The notes: generated from the letters alone by a model not told the origin. Counted from the stretch's first letter, positions 15,485-24,799 are shown. The stretch: DNA of 35,383 nt from Candidatus Acidiferrales bacterium (GCA_035295305.1 DATGJE010000252.1:1-35383); one strand, 5' to 3'. Numbers and translations are program-made.

Positions 15485-15575
15485 CTCGCGTATTCCGTTG
15501 CGCAATCCCTGCCGGGTGCTAAGATGGAGACTATATACAGCCACTAAGACGAATGCGGTTACGCGAAGTCTTCAG

Positions 15576-16223
15576 ATGAATGACAAGACTCCTTTTAATG
15601 TTCAGACTTTCCTTGATTCGGCCGGAGTGTCGAGGAAGGTTGTCGAGTTTCGCAAGAAAACTACGGTTTTCGCGCAGGGTGATCCCGCCAAGACCGTTAT
15701 GTACATTCAACAGGGCAGCGTGAAGCTTTCGGTTGTCAACGGGATCGGGAAAGAAGCCGTGGTCGCGGTTCTGGGCTCCGGTGACTTCTTCGGAGAAGGG
15801 TGCCTCGCAGGTCAGCCGCTGCGCATGGGAACGGCCACCGCGATTACACCAACTACTCTGCTCGTCATCGAAAAAACTGAAATGATGCACGTCCTTCATG
15901 GGGAACATGAATTCTCTGACCGGTTCATCTCCTATATGCTTGGCAGAAATATCCGGATTGAGGCAGATTTGGTCGATCAGTTATTTAACTCAACCGAGAA
16001 ACGACTAGCGCGTGCCTTATTGCTGCTGGCTCGGTATGGCAAGGAAGATCAACCGCAAAAGATTCTTCCGAAGGTCTCGCAGGAAACGCTGGCGGAAATG
16101 ATCGGCACGACGCGCCCGCGAGTGAATCTTTTCATGAACAAATTCAAGAAAATGGGCTTCATTAAGTACAATGGCGGGCTGCAAGTTAACAGTTCACTTC
16201 TGAGTGTTGTCCTCCACGAATAA
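15576..16223 (+). CDS. Crp/Fnr family transcriptional regulator (cNMP-binding domain plus C-terminal HTH)
   Basis: The track ORF starts at 15468. I prefer ATG 15576 (MNDKTPFNVQTFL...), because the upstream 36 codons look non-protein-like. The cNMP-like region is VFAQGDPAKTVMYIQQGSVKLSVV...GDFFGEGCLAGQPLRMGTATA. The HTH is SQETLAEMIGTTRPRVNLFMNKFKKMGFI. There is no N-terminal Cys cluster, so it is not an Fe-S FNR. Confidence 0.88.
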   Translation: MNDKTPFNVQTFLDSAGVSRKVVEFRKKTTVFAQGDPAKTVMYIQQGSVKLSVVNGIGKEAVVAVLGSGDFFGEGCLAGQPLRMGTATAITPTTLLVIEKTEMMHVLHGEHEFSDRFISYMLGRNIRIEADLVDQLFNSTEKRLARALLLLARYGKEDQPQKILPKVSQETLAEMIGTTRPRVNLFMNKFKKMGFIKYNGGLQVNSSLLSVVLHE

Positions 16224-16473
16224 TCGCACTACAATCCGCGATTCGAAGTTTGCTTTGGGTCCTGTGCGAATATTTCGAGGATGGAATGGACCAGAAAAGC
16301 GCCCTCGGGCTGCCCTTATTCGGTGGAGGTACGGGCACTCTAAAATCGGTTTCGCTCATCGAGAAGGATTCCAGGAGATTCCCGAACCAGACTGCATTTT
16401 CACAAACTACCGCGGTAAGGTAAAAGGATCTGAAGACAATGCGTCTTTAGCTGAGAATTCATAGGAGGAAGTC

Positions 16474-17508
16474 ATGGCAACCACAAAATTCGCGATAGCG
16501 CCAATGAAGGTGGCACAGATTCCAAAGGCGGGAGCCGATTTCGAGATCCTCGAACGCGAGATTCCCAAGCCGAGTGCCGGGCACGTGCGCATCAAGGTGC
16601 AGGCCTGTGGCGTCTGCCACAGTGACGTGCTCACAAAAGAAGGCGCTTGGCCCGGAATTGAGTATCCTCGCGTTCCTGGACACGAAATCGCAGGAGTGAT
16701 CGACGAACTGGGCGAAGGCGTTTCCGCGTGGAAGAAGGGGCAGCGCGTAGGAGTCGGCTGGCACGGCGGGCAGGACAACACGTGTGTCTCGTGCCGGCGC
16801 GGGGACTTTCGCAATTGCCGCAATCTGAAAATTCCGGGCATCAGTTATGACGGCGGATACCAGCAATACATGTTGGCGCCCGTGGAGGCGCTGGCGGCGA
16901 TACCGGAAAGTCTGAGCGACGTTGAAGCAGCGCCGTTGCTCTGCGCCGGAATTACTACTTTCAACGCGCTGCGGCACAGCGGTGCGTTCCCCGGCGACCT
17001 TGTTGCGGTGCAGGGCATCGGTGGGCTGGGTCACCTCGGGATTCAATTCGCGAGCAAGTTTGGTTATAGAGTCGCGGCCATCGGACGCGGGCCGGAAAAC
17101 GCGCCGCTCGCAAAGAAACTGGGAGCGAACGTGTACATCGATAGCAAAGCCACGAACGCAGCAGAGGAATTGCAAAAACTGGGCGGCGCCCGCGTTATTC
17201 TGGCGACGGCCCCAAACTCGAAAGCGATGTCCGAACTGATCGACGGTTTGGGACCGAACGGCGAGCTCATGGTAATCGGTGCAACATTCGATCCCATTGA
17301 GGTCACACCGATGCAGCTAATTTCTGGAAGCCGCACGATTCAAGGCTGGGCCGCGGGAACACCAGCCGACTCCGAGGACACACTGCGCTTCGCCGAACTA
17401 AGCGGCGTGCGTCCCATGATTGAAACGTATCCACTCGAAAAAGCGGCCGAGGCTTACGCGCGCATGATGAGCGGCAACGCACAGTTCCGCGTTGTTTTGA
17501 CGATGTGA
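16474..17508 (+). CDS. Zinc-dependent alcohol dehydrogenase (MDR family, AdhP-like)
   Basis: 344-aa ORF with AGGAGG 6 nt upstream of the ATG. The catalytic Zn motif is ACGVCHSDV...PGHEIAGVIDELGEGV. A Cys-containing structural-Zn-like loop reads TCVSCRRGDFRNC. The NAD fold is VAVQGIGGLGHLGIQFA. Confidence 0.92.
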   Translation: MATTKFAIAPMKVAQIPKAGADFEILEREIPKPSAGHVRIKVQACGVCHSDVLTKEGAWPGIEYPRVPGHEIAGVIDELGEGVSAWKKGQRVGVGWHGGQDNTCVSCRRGDFRNCRNLKIPGISYDGGYQQYMLAPVEALAAIPESLSDVEAAPLLCAGITTFNALRHSGAFPGDLVAVQGIGGLGHLGIQFASKFGYRVAAIGRGPENAPLAKKLGANVYIDSKATNAAEELQKLGGARVILATAPNSKAMSELIDGLGPNGELMVIGATFDPIEVTPMQLISGSRTIQGWAAGTPADSEDTLRFAELSGVRPMIETYPLEKAAEAYARMMSGNAQFRVVLTM

Positions 17509-17591
17509 AGTTGACCAACAGCGCAATCCGCTCAGCGAACCGCTAGCAGTAATGCCGAAATTCGTTCCGTACGCGCGAATTGCAAGGTAGT

Positions 17592-17668
17592 TGGTCGGGG
17601 CGTGGAGATTCGAACTCCAGACCTCCTGCGCCCAAGGCAGGCGCGCTACCAGGCTGCGCTACGCCCCG
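17592..17668 (-). tRNA. tRNA-Pro (anticodon TGG)
   Basis: The reverse complement folds by hand: CGGGGCG-TA-GCGC-AGCCTGGTA-GCGC-G-CCTGC-CTTGGGC-GCAGG-AGGTC-TGGAG-TTCGAAT-CTCCA-CGCCCCG-A-CCA. The anticodon loop CT-TGG-GC gives Pro. CCA is encoded. Length is 77 nt. Confidence 0.95.
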
Positions 17669-18205
17669 ACGTGAAGTGCTCCCTGAGTATAAAGCAGTTG
17701 CGTAAATCATGCCGCATATACGGCACAAATTTGTTCTGCATGGTAGCCGCACGAAATCCTCTTGCGAAACTGCCGCGTGGAATCGCTCACGCGCATATTC
17801 GCGGGATCTGCGTCGACTTCAGCAGTGTGCTCATCCGCCGATCGTTTCGGTGAAATGCTCGTAAGACAAAAGACAAAGTGGTATGCGACGCGCTTCCCGT
17901 TTCCTGCTGGTTGGCATGGATCAGCTTCTTGGTGGAGCAGGCAACAGGTTTTTTCAGTTGGTTTGTGAGAGGCGTAATCGCAGCCTTGATACTGATCTAC
18001 GCTGCGTTCTGCTTGGCAGTTGCCGGCGCACGGTGCCAAAAGAGGATGTTATGCGTTTTGCGCTGCATTAGTCCCGTTTGCGAACGCAGCCGCGCTCGCG
18101 CACTTGGCGGTGCAGTGGAAGCAATTCTCAAGATCGGCTGAACTGAGTCGCTGATTCGTTGACCCATTTTCCTGGAGCTCGACGCTAGCGGCACGAAAGG
18201 GCGTG

Positions 18206-21200
18206 CTAGAACTGCAATTTTGCACCGAGCAGAAGCCGCCGCGGATTGTTACCCTGACTTCCATACACGCCGAAATTGGATAGGCTGTTCAAGTTCAAGG
18301 ACGGGGCCGCGAAATTTACAAGGTTGAATATGTTCAGAACTTCAGCCGAGAATTCCAAGTGGATGCGCTCGGTGATGGCGACTCGTTTGCCCAGCGAAAA
18401 ATCCAAATTCCATCTCGGCTGGAGGCGCAGCTCGTCAAATGGAATCTGCCCATTGACGCTTAAGAGCGGGCGCGAGCACGAGCTGACCACAGCGGCAGGA
18501 TTGGCAAACATATTCAGGCCACTGCCGTTAGGAGCATTACCGGCGGTGGCGACGCCGCCCGAGCCAACGACGTTGTAGTGCTGCCCTTCAAGGCCGTGCA
18601 GCCTTGTCGAGCAAATGGCAGCCGTGCCATTGCTCTCATAGGCGCCATAGTCACCATTGGCGGAAATATACAACGGCGTGCCGGTGTAAAAGCTGTAGAT
18701 GCCGGACGTGTACCACCCGCCAGCGATTCGATCAAGCGCCCCAGACATGTTATGAGCTGTGCCCTTGCCGAAGGGCAACTGGTAGTAGAACCAAACATTG
18801 ACCACGTGCCTGCGATCAAAAGACTCTGACGACTTATCGAGACGGAGGTTGTAGGGGCTGTTGGCCGAAGAGCCGCTCTGCTGATCAACGCCCTGGTTGC
18901 CGATGGCATGGCTCCAGGTCCAGTTGGCCTGAAATTGAAGACCGTTCGCAAAGCTCTTGTTCAGACTAACGAATCCAGCTTCATAGTTCGAAAAGCCGCC
19001 ATCCGTGATGCCGTAGGACTGGAAGGACTGAATGTTATCGAGCGGTGTTGGCGTGACTCGATTCAATTCGTCCAATGAGAAGAAGTTCAAAGAGCCGTTG
19101 ATGAGGTCGGTCGGGTCCTGAGACGCGACCATCTGGCTGCAACTCGAAAAGCCCTTTCCAGTGCAGGTGGACCCTCCAATCTGGTTTTCAAAGAATGGCT
19201 CGACTGGCACGGTTGTCTTGTTTCGCACCGCTTGCGCTACTCCGTCAAATGCCTGCGCCAGCGTTTGACCGCTTTGCTGATCTTTCATTAGGTAATCCGA
19301 GGCGTTGAAGGCAATGTCCTGAGGAAGGTTGCGGCTCAAACGTCCGATGTAACCAATCTCAAAAATTGCGTGATGGGGGAGTTCGCGCTGCATCGTGAGG
19401 TCAATGCTGTGGGAGTAGCCCGGGACAGCGTAGGGATCCAATCCGCTCTGCATGAAGAGTCCAAACGGAGCAGATGCCGTGCCGCTGACGACGTAGGGAA
19501 TGGGGGCCGCAGCCGGAGCAGGAATCGGAACATTATTCCCGTCAACGCCAATGCGAAATGCATTTGTGGGACCGGTGGCGCCGTTCGAGCACACTGGCCC
19601 TCCGCCGGTAAAGACGGGGCCGGCGCATGCGCTAACGTCGAGCAGACCACCTGTTGTCAAAGGCAGCGAATCCTGGTTGATGTCGCTCATGCGGTCGTAC
19701 ACCATTGCGTAACCGAAACGAAGCACAGTTTTATTGTCACCGAAGATGGGGTTCTTGAATGGCACTTGCCAAGCCGTGGCGATGCGCGGCGCGAATTGAT
19801 GCCAATTAGTGACACGCATGTCGCCTGTGAACGGAGCGGGAAGATACTTGACGGGCGTCACACCGAACAGCGGATTGAAAGCTTGGCCTGGCAGAACGCC
19901 GTTATTATTCAACGAATTTGCGCGTTCCGACAGGTACCCTCGATAATCGACTGGCGTATTGGTGGCAGCATACACAAGCACGTCATACTTGCCGTGTGCT
20001 TCCGTTGGGACAGGCTGCGCTCCCCAGTTGAGGCCAAGTGTAAGGGTAAACGAAGGCCGCACTTGCCAAATGTCCTGAAAGTATCCATCCACGGCAGGGA
20101 TGAAGCTTTGCGAAAAAGCCGGGGTTCCAAGGGGATTTGGCTGGAACTGGCCATTACGTGTAATTACTTGAGAACTGCGGTCAACCATGCCGAGCAACGT
20201 GCTGTACAACTCGTTCCACCGAAGCGCGTCACTCGATTTGAGACAGTTCGCTGTCGCACCGCTTGAGGGACAGATCGAAGGCTCATAGGTACTGCTGATT
20301 TTCAGGAATTCACCGCTGCCATTTCCTGTTGATTCGCTGTAGAGAAGCGGACCTGCTGTCAGACCGCCCGCGAAATTGTCGGTCTTGACGAAGTAGTCAT
20401 GCGAGAGATCACCGGAGGCGCCGAATTGAAACAAATGCCGACCATGGATCCAACTGAAATCCTGGGCGAGATACCATTTATGTCCGTCGAAGACGCGCGA
20501 CCGGGCAGACTGCGTGGCCAGGTTGACTGGGTCCGCGAGTAACTTGGATGTACTGTTATTTGTGCCTGATCCTTCACCGGCGAGGACCAAGGCTTGCTGG
20601 GTTCCCGAGACCAAAGGGCTGGGAGCCTGCCGGCTCCAGCCCCACCAGTCGCGCAAGAATGAGCCGTGGCTCACGGAAGTCCAGTTCGAGGAAAGTTGGC
20701 CCGTTACTTCGAATGTCCAGAATTGCGGCTTGATCGGATCTTGGGCTGTAGATACCGGAGCAGATGTATTCACGATACTGAATTGCTCGGTTCCGACGCG
20801 GGCTACGTTCGCATAGTGATACGTGGCGAAGGCACTCCATTTTGCATTGATCTTATAATCCAGACGCAAGACGGCAATATTTTCAGAAATCGGCGTAGGG
20901 GCGTCGAATGTGAAGCCTGTTGTGTTTAAGCCATCGCCAAGCGACGCGTTATTGCCCTTAGGATAAAGCGCCAATTGGGCTTGAATGATAGCGTTAAAAC
21001 CGAGGTTGCGAGGGTCGCAAGACACTCCTCCGCAAGCGGTGGTAATGCTACCGGGTTGAAACGAGTACGGCACAATATTCCCGGCCGTATCGCGAAATTG
21101 CAAAATTCCCGTCTTCATGGTCGCGGTTGGGACGACGGTGTTGAAGATCGAAGCGTCATGAAAGCGGCGACCCTCGTAATTCCCGAAAAACCAGAACCGG

Positions 21201-22102
21201 TCTTTCAAAATGGGTCCGCCGACGGTAAAGCCAAATCGATTGTCCACGCTTTGCGGTCTGTTAATCCCCAAGCGGTTATTGGTCCAACTGTTTGCGTTCA
21301 GCGCATCATCGTTATGGTACTCGTAGGCGGAACCGTGGAAACTGTTATTGCCGGACTTCGTGAGGAGCGCGACCTGACCACCCGAAGAGCGACCAAATGT
21401 GGCGTTGGGATTGGTGGTCGACACTTGGAATTCCTGCGTACTCTCTATCGGTATGGGCACCACGGGCGAGGGGGACGGCTCTCCCGGCGGTGACGCGTAC
21501 GTGTTGTTACCTTCCAAGTCGCTCGTTACGTCTCCACCATCGAAGCTGAACGTGACTTGCTCGTCTCGAGCGCCGGCAATCTGGCCAGAGGGTGCAACCG
21601 CCGGTTGATAAAACATTAGCGCGCTGGCACTGCGCGTAAAGACAGGCAGTTCTTCCAAAGCGACACCGCCCAGCACTGCGCCAACCGTCGCGCTTGTGGT
21701 CTGCAGTTCCGCGGTCTCGACGTCTGTAACAGTGACGGTCTGGTTTGCAGCGCCGACTTGGAGCGTGATGTTAATCGTGTAGGATTTCAGCACCTCCACA
21801 TGGAGTTCATTGGTGACCGCGTTCTCAAACCCCTTGGCGGAAAACGTCAACGTGTAATCGGACGGATTGACGGCGGGAAAGACATAGCGCCCGGCGGAAT
21901 CTGTGAGCGTCGATTGTGTGGCATTGGTGGTGCGTTGCGACAGCGTGACACTTGCGCCAGCCACGATCGCTCCAGACGGATCCGTGACCGTGCCGGAAAT
22001 TAAGCCAGTGGTTGCGGACTGCGCGAAAAGCTGCGCTGGAACCGTCGCAAAGATGGAGAGCAAAGCCAGAACCAGAAGGAAAGAACAGCGTCGGCCCAAC
22101 AT
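18206..22102 (-). CDS. TonB-dependent receptor-like outer membrane protein with an N-terminal CarboxypepD_reg domain
   Basis: 1298-aa ORF with GGAGG 6 nt upstream of the ATG. The signal peptide is MLGRRCSFLLVLALLSIFATVPAQLFAQ. The CarboxypepD_reg-like region is GLISGTVTDPSGAIVAGASVTLSQ...TDSAGRYVFPAVNPSDYTLTFSAKGFE. A plug-like segment and a long beta-rich body follow. The C-terminus LLLGAKLQF ends in Phe, as is typical of OM beta-barrels. Confidence 0.88.
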   Translation of the reverse strand: MLGRRCSFLLVLALLSIFATVPAQLFAQSATTGLISGTVTDPSGAIVAGASVTLSQRTTNATQSTLTDSAGRYVFPAVNPSDYTLTFSAKGFENAVTNELHVEVLKSYTINITLQVGAANQTVTVTDVETAELQTTSATVGAVLGGVALEELPVFTRSASALMFYQPAVAPSGQIAGARDEQVTFSFDGGDVTSDLEGNNTYASPPGEPSPSPVVPIPIESTQEFQVSTTNPNATFGRSSGGQVALLTKSGNNSFHGSAYEYHNDDALNANSWTNNRLGINRPQSVDNRFGFTVGGPILKDRFWFFGNYEGRRFHDASIFNTVVPTATMKTGILQFRDTAGNIVPYSFQPGSITTACGGVSCDPRNLGFNAIIQAQLALYPKGNNASLGDGLNTTGFTFDAPTPISENIAVLRLDYKINAKWSAFATYHYANVARVGTEQFSIVNTSAPVSTAQDPIKPQFWTFEVTGQLSSNWTSVSHGSFLRDWWGWSRQAPSPLVSGTQQALVLAGEGSGTNNSTSKLLADPVNLATQSARSRVFDGHKWYLAQDFSWIHGRHLFQFGASGDLSHDYFVKTDNFAGGLTAGPLLYSESTGNGSGEFLKISSTYEPSICPSSGATANCLKSSDALRWNELYSTLLGMVDRSSQVITRNGQFQPNPLGTPAFSQSFIPAVDGYFQDIWQVRPSFTLTLGLNWGAQPVPTEAHGKYDVLVYAATNTPVDYRGYLSERANSLNNNGVLPGQAFNPLFGVTPVKYLPAPFTGDMRVTNWHQFAPRIATAWQVPFKNPIFGDNKTVLRFGYAMVYDRMSDINQDSLPLTTGGLLDVSACAGPVFTGGGPVCSNGATGPTNAFRIGVDGNNVPIPAPAAAPIPYVVSGTASAPFGLFMQSGLDPYAVPGYSHSIDLTMQRELPHHAIFEIGYIGRLSRNLPQDIAFNASDYLMKDQQSGQTLAQAFDGVAQAVRNKTTVPVEPFFENQIGGSTCTGKGFSSCSQMVASQDPTDLINGSLNFFSLDELNRVTPTPLDNIQSFQSYGITDGGFSNYEAGFVSLNKSFANGLQFQANWTWSHAIGNQGVDQQSGSSANSPYNLRLDKSSESFDRRHVVNVWFYYQLPFGKGTAHNMSGALDRIAGGWYTSGIYSFYTGTPLYISANGDYGAYESNGTAAICSTRLHGLEGQHYNVVGSGGVATAGNAPNGSGLNMFANPAAVVSSCSRPLLSVNGQIPFDELRLQPRWNLDFSLGKRVAITERIHLEFSAEVLNIFNLVNFAAPSLNLNSLSNFGVYGSQGNNPRRLLLGAKLQF

Positions 22103-22382
22103 TCGGCACCTCCGGTTGAGAAAAGCGCTCTCAACAATGGATGGCGCGGACTATAGTTGAGCGAAACAATTCAAGTCAAGCAAAAAAACTGCATGCGCAC
22201 TTCACGCAACTGATATGCAACCTGGATACGAAAGACATAGGCTGGCGGAAGTGTTGCCGCCTTCGAATCGATCGGTTCCGACCGACAGCTTCGGGCTCTC
22301 CACGGGCTCTCGATTCGTGGACGCGGCAAGAGGAACAGCAGGGGCGGAAGCTGAGACCTCTGGAAATGGAATCTTGAGAGGG

Positions 22383-23156
22383 TTAAAGGATGGACGATTC
22401 TCCGTAAGCTAACCGGAGAACCTTGGCGCGAGATTGGATAATGTGCTCATACATCAAGCGACGCGCTAATTCCGGATCGTGATTGCGAATGGCTTGGACA
22501 ATCTCCGAGTGTTCTTTGACTGGCGCCTCGCCGTAGTAACCGATGCCGATGGCCGCGTACATGACGCGTTCCATGTGGCATCGCATATCGGAAACAGCGC
22601 GGACGAGCATGGGGTTGCGCGTTAAGCGCGCCATGCCGATGTGGAAGGCCGTATCCGCCTTGATGAAACGCTCATAACTTGCGCGATCATGCGTTTCATA
22701 TTCCGTCTGGGCGAGCCGAGCGAGTTCGTCCGCCAACTTCTCGTCATTTCCTTTGCGGGCCGCCAACTCGGCGCACGCGCCCTCCACTGCGGCGCGAAAT
22801 TCGTAAATCTCGTTGAGCCAATTAATGGTCATCGAGCTGGCAAAATAGCCCCGATTGGGAACGATGCGGAGCAAGTTCTCCTGCTGCAATCGCACGGCGG
22901 CCTCGCGCACCGGAGTGCGGCTGCTCTTATAACGCTTCGCGAGATCCTTCTCGCCAAGGGCCTCGCCGGGAGGATAGACGCCACGAATGATGTCCCGTTT
23001 GAGGCCTTGATAGAGTCGCTCGCTCAATGTGCTGCGGCCGTTTTGGCTGGCCGCGTTGGAGTCACGAAACCCTCCGTGCGTATGCCGGGCAGGCGCCGCT
23101 CGTCGAGACTTTGAGCGGCGAACCTTGCTAGCGTGGGATTTTTTCGAGCTTGGCAA
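22383..23156 (-). CDS. GntR family transcriptional regulator, FadR subfamily (winged HTH plus FCD domain)
   Basis: The track ORF is 22383-23363. I prefer the TTG at 23154-23156, which is preceded by AAGGAG and a 5-nt spacer. The upstream 69 codons are not protein-like. The HTH is LYQGLKRDIIRGVYPPGEALGEKDLAKRYKSSRTPVREAAVRLQQENLLRIVPNRGYFA. The FCD-like C-terminus is IYEFRAAVEGACAELAA...DTAFHIGMARLTRNPML. Confidence 0.85.
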   Translation of the reverse strand: MPSSKKSHASKVRRSKSRRAAPARHTHGGFRDSNAASQNGRSTLSERLYQGLKRDIIRGVYPPGEALGEKDLAKRYKSSRTPVREAAVRLQQENLLRIVPNRGYFASSMTINWLNEIYEFRAAVEGACAELAARKGNDEKLADELARLAQTEYETHDRASYERFIKADTAFHIGMARLTRNPMLVRAVSDMRCHMERVMYAAIGIGYYGEAPVKEHSEIVQAIRNHDPELARRLMYEHIIQSRAKVLRLAYGESSIL

Positions 23157-23275
23157 AAGGGCTCCTTGGCGTGAAATAAAAGAGTAAATGAGATTCGCTG
23201 AAAGTGCAAGAAATCGAGACCCGCCCGGCGAAGGGCCGTCGCGTACCAGCGCTTGCCCGAGGGCCTGCATGCGTT

Positions 23276-23285
23276 TTGTATACCA
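23276..23285. promoter_or_regulatory. Candidate GntR/FadR-type operator TTGTATACCA (one mismatch from the palindrome TGGTATACCA)
   Basis: It sits in the divergent intergenic region between the GntR gene and the first PLP-enzyme gene. It lies just upstream of a perfect TTGACA hexamer at 23294-23299. It shares GTATACCA with the perfect palindrome at 24800-24809. Confidence 0.35.
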
Positions 23286-23362
23286 TGATTGTCTTGACAC
23301 TTCGAATGATCGCGGTGTAGCGTCCGTCCGCAACACACACCGACAACGGATCGAAATGTTCA

Positions 23363-24655
23363 ATGATCAAGAGCAATGATCATCAAAATGATCGGCAAAT
23401 TGCAACGCAAACCCAAGCATTTCCAGTAGAGGACATTCGGGCTCTTTTCCCCGCATTAAAAACTTCCGACGATTTCGTCTTTTTTGATAATGCCGCCGGC
23501 GCTCAAGCGCCCCAGATGGTGGTAGATGCGGTGACGCGGCACCTGATCGAGTGCAACGTGCAGCGTGGCGGACGCTATGGAAGAAGCCAGACAGTGGACG
23601 CGACGATTGCGCGGGCTCGGCAGAGTGTGGCGGATTTTTTGAACGCCGGCGATCCGCGAGAAGTTTCCTTCGGAATGAATGCAACTTCATTTATCCGGCT
23701 GGTGAGCTTGGCTATCGGCCAGAGTCTAGACGAGCGTCGCGAAATTGTTGTCAGCGACATGGACCACGAAGCAAACATCGCGACGTGGCTGGCATTGGAA
23801 AGAGAAGGCGCGAAATTTCAGTGGTGGCGCATGCGCGAGGATGGCGGCCTGCATGTCGAGGACCTTGAGCCGCTTCTTTCATCTCGGACCAGATTGGTGG
23901 CGTGCACCGTGGCCTCAAATGCCACTGGGTCAATCGTTGATGTCGCAAAAGTGGGCCGCGTGGCGCACGCGGCCGGTGCGGAAGTTTTCCTTGATTGCGT
24001 ACATTACGCTCCGCACGGACCAATTGATGTTCGAGAATTCGACTGCGATTATCTGGTGTGCTCGGGATATAAAATCTTCTCACCGCACATGGGATTTTTG
24101 TGGGGCCGCCGCGAAGTGCTGGATCGTCTACGAACTTTCCGGGAAGACTTCATTCCCAACGAAGCGCCCGAAAAAATTGAAGTCGGCACGTGCGTCTACG
24201 AAAATATCGCTGGAATGGATGCCGCGGTTTCTTATTTAGAGGCTCTTGGAAAGCGCTTGACGCCGAACGGAGATTGCGATTCAAAACGCCAGCGGATAGT
24301 GCGCGCGATGGAAGGAATCCGCGATTACGAAGCATCTCTTTCGCGGAAATTTTTGCATGTGCTGGCTGATTGTGGTGCGCACGTATACGGAATACGCACT
24401 CCGTCCCTTCTTGCCGGACGTGTGCCGACCTTGCTGTTCAACGTCCCGGGCGTAGCGCCGCGAACCGTGGTTGAGACACTGGCATCGGCAGGAATTGGCG
24501 TGCGCGATGGGCACATGTATGCGCCTCGTTTGATGCGCAGGCTCGGCCTAAGCGAGGAAACGGGAGCCATCCGCGCGTCGTTGGTTCACTACAATACCGT
24601 GGCAGAGATACATCGCTTCGCGAGTGTCCTGAGCGATTTCCTCAAACGCTGCTAA
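23363..24655 (+). CDS. Class V PLP-dependent enzyme, SufS/CsdA-like fold but lacking the catalytic cysteine
   Basis: 430-aa [12 protein letters not shown] aligns to SufS HHANIVPW. The PLP-lysine motif is [16 protein letters not shown] (SufS: SGHKLYGPTGIGILY). [15 protein letters not shown] aligns to SufS GIAVRTGHHCAMPLM, with Tyr in place of the persulfide-forming Cys. Confidence 0.9.
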   Translation: MIKSNDHQNDRQIATQTQAFPVEDIRALFPALKTSDDFVFFDNAAGAQAPQMVVDAVTRHLIECNVQRGGRYGRSQTVDATIARARQSVADFLNAGDPREVSFGMNATSFIRLVSLAIGQSLDERREIVVSDMDHEANIATWLALEREGAKFQWWRMREDGGLHVEDLEPLLSSRTRLVACTVASNATGSIVDVAKVGRVAHAAGAEVFLDCVHYAPHGPIDVREFDCDYLVCSGYKIFSPHMGFLWGRREVLDRLRTFREDFIPNEAPEKIEVGTCVYENIAGMDAAVSYLEALGKRLTPNGDCDSKRQRIVRAMEGIRDYEASLSRKFLHVLADCGAHVYGIRTPSLLAGRVPTLLFNVPGVAPRTVVETLASAGIGVRDGHMYAPRLMRRLGLSEETGAIRASLVHYNTVAEIHRFASVLSDFLKRC

Positions 24656-24799
24656 GCGGACCGAATGGCTGGCGCCGAGCGGCGAGGGAAGAGCCGGATC
24701 GTTCACAAGCTAAGCTTAGATTCTGCATCGCGTGTTCTTTGTGCGGGGCCCACCCGAGAGCTGTTAACAATGTCCCATCGCTCATTGCTGATATGCGAC

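Noticed and set aside
19370-20266. 298-aa plus-strand ORF inside the TonB-dependent receptor gene
   Set aside because: It is antisense to a 1298-aa ORF with a signal peptide, a CarboxypepD_reg domain and a terminal Phe. It has no independent support.
22115-22135. 7-bp hairpin (GTTGAGA / TCTCAAC) abutting the receptor's Shine-Dalgarno sequence, considered as a terminator for the GntR gene
   Set aside because: The stem is short and no T-tract follows on the minus strand. At most it is a 5'-UTR structure, so it is not reported as a feature.
23157-23363. The 69-codon N-terminal extension of the GntR ORF, with similar extensions at 15468-15575 (Crp/Fnr), 15246-15416 (secreted protein) and 3760-3837 (membrane protein)
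   Set aside because: The extensions lack protein-like sequence. Each precedes an internal start that either has a good Shine-Dalgarno sequence or restores a canonical signal peptide or domain boundary. In the GntR case the extension would erase the divergent promoter region.
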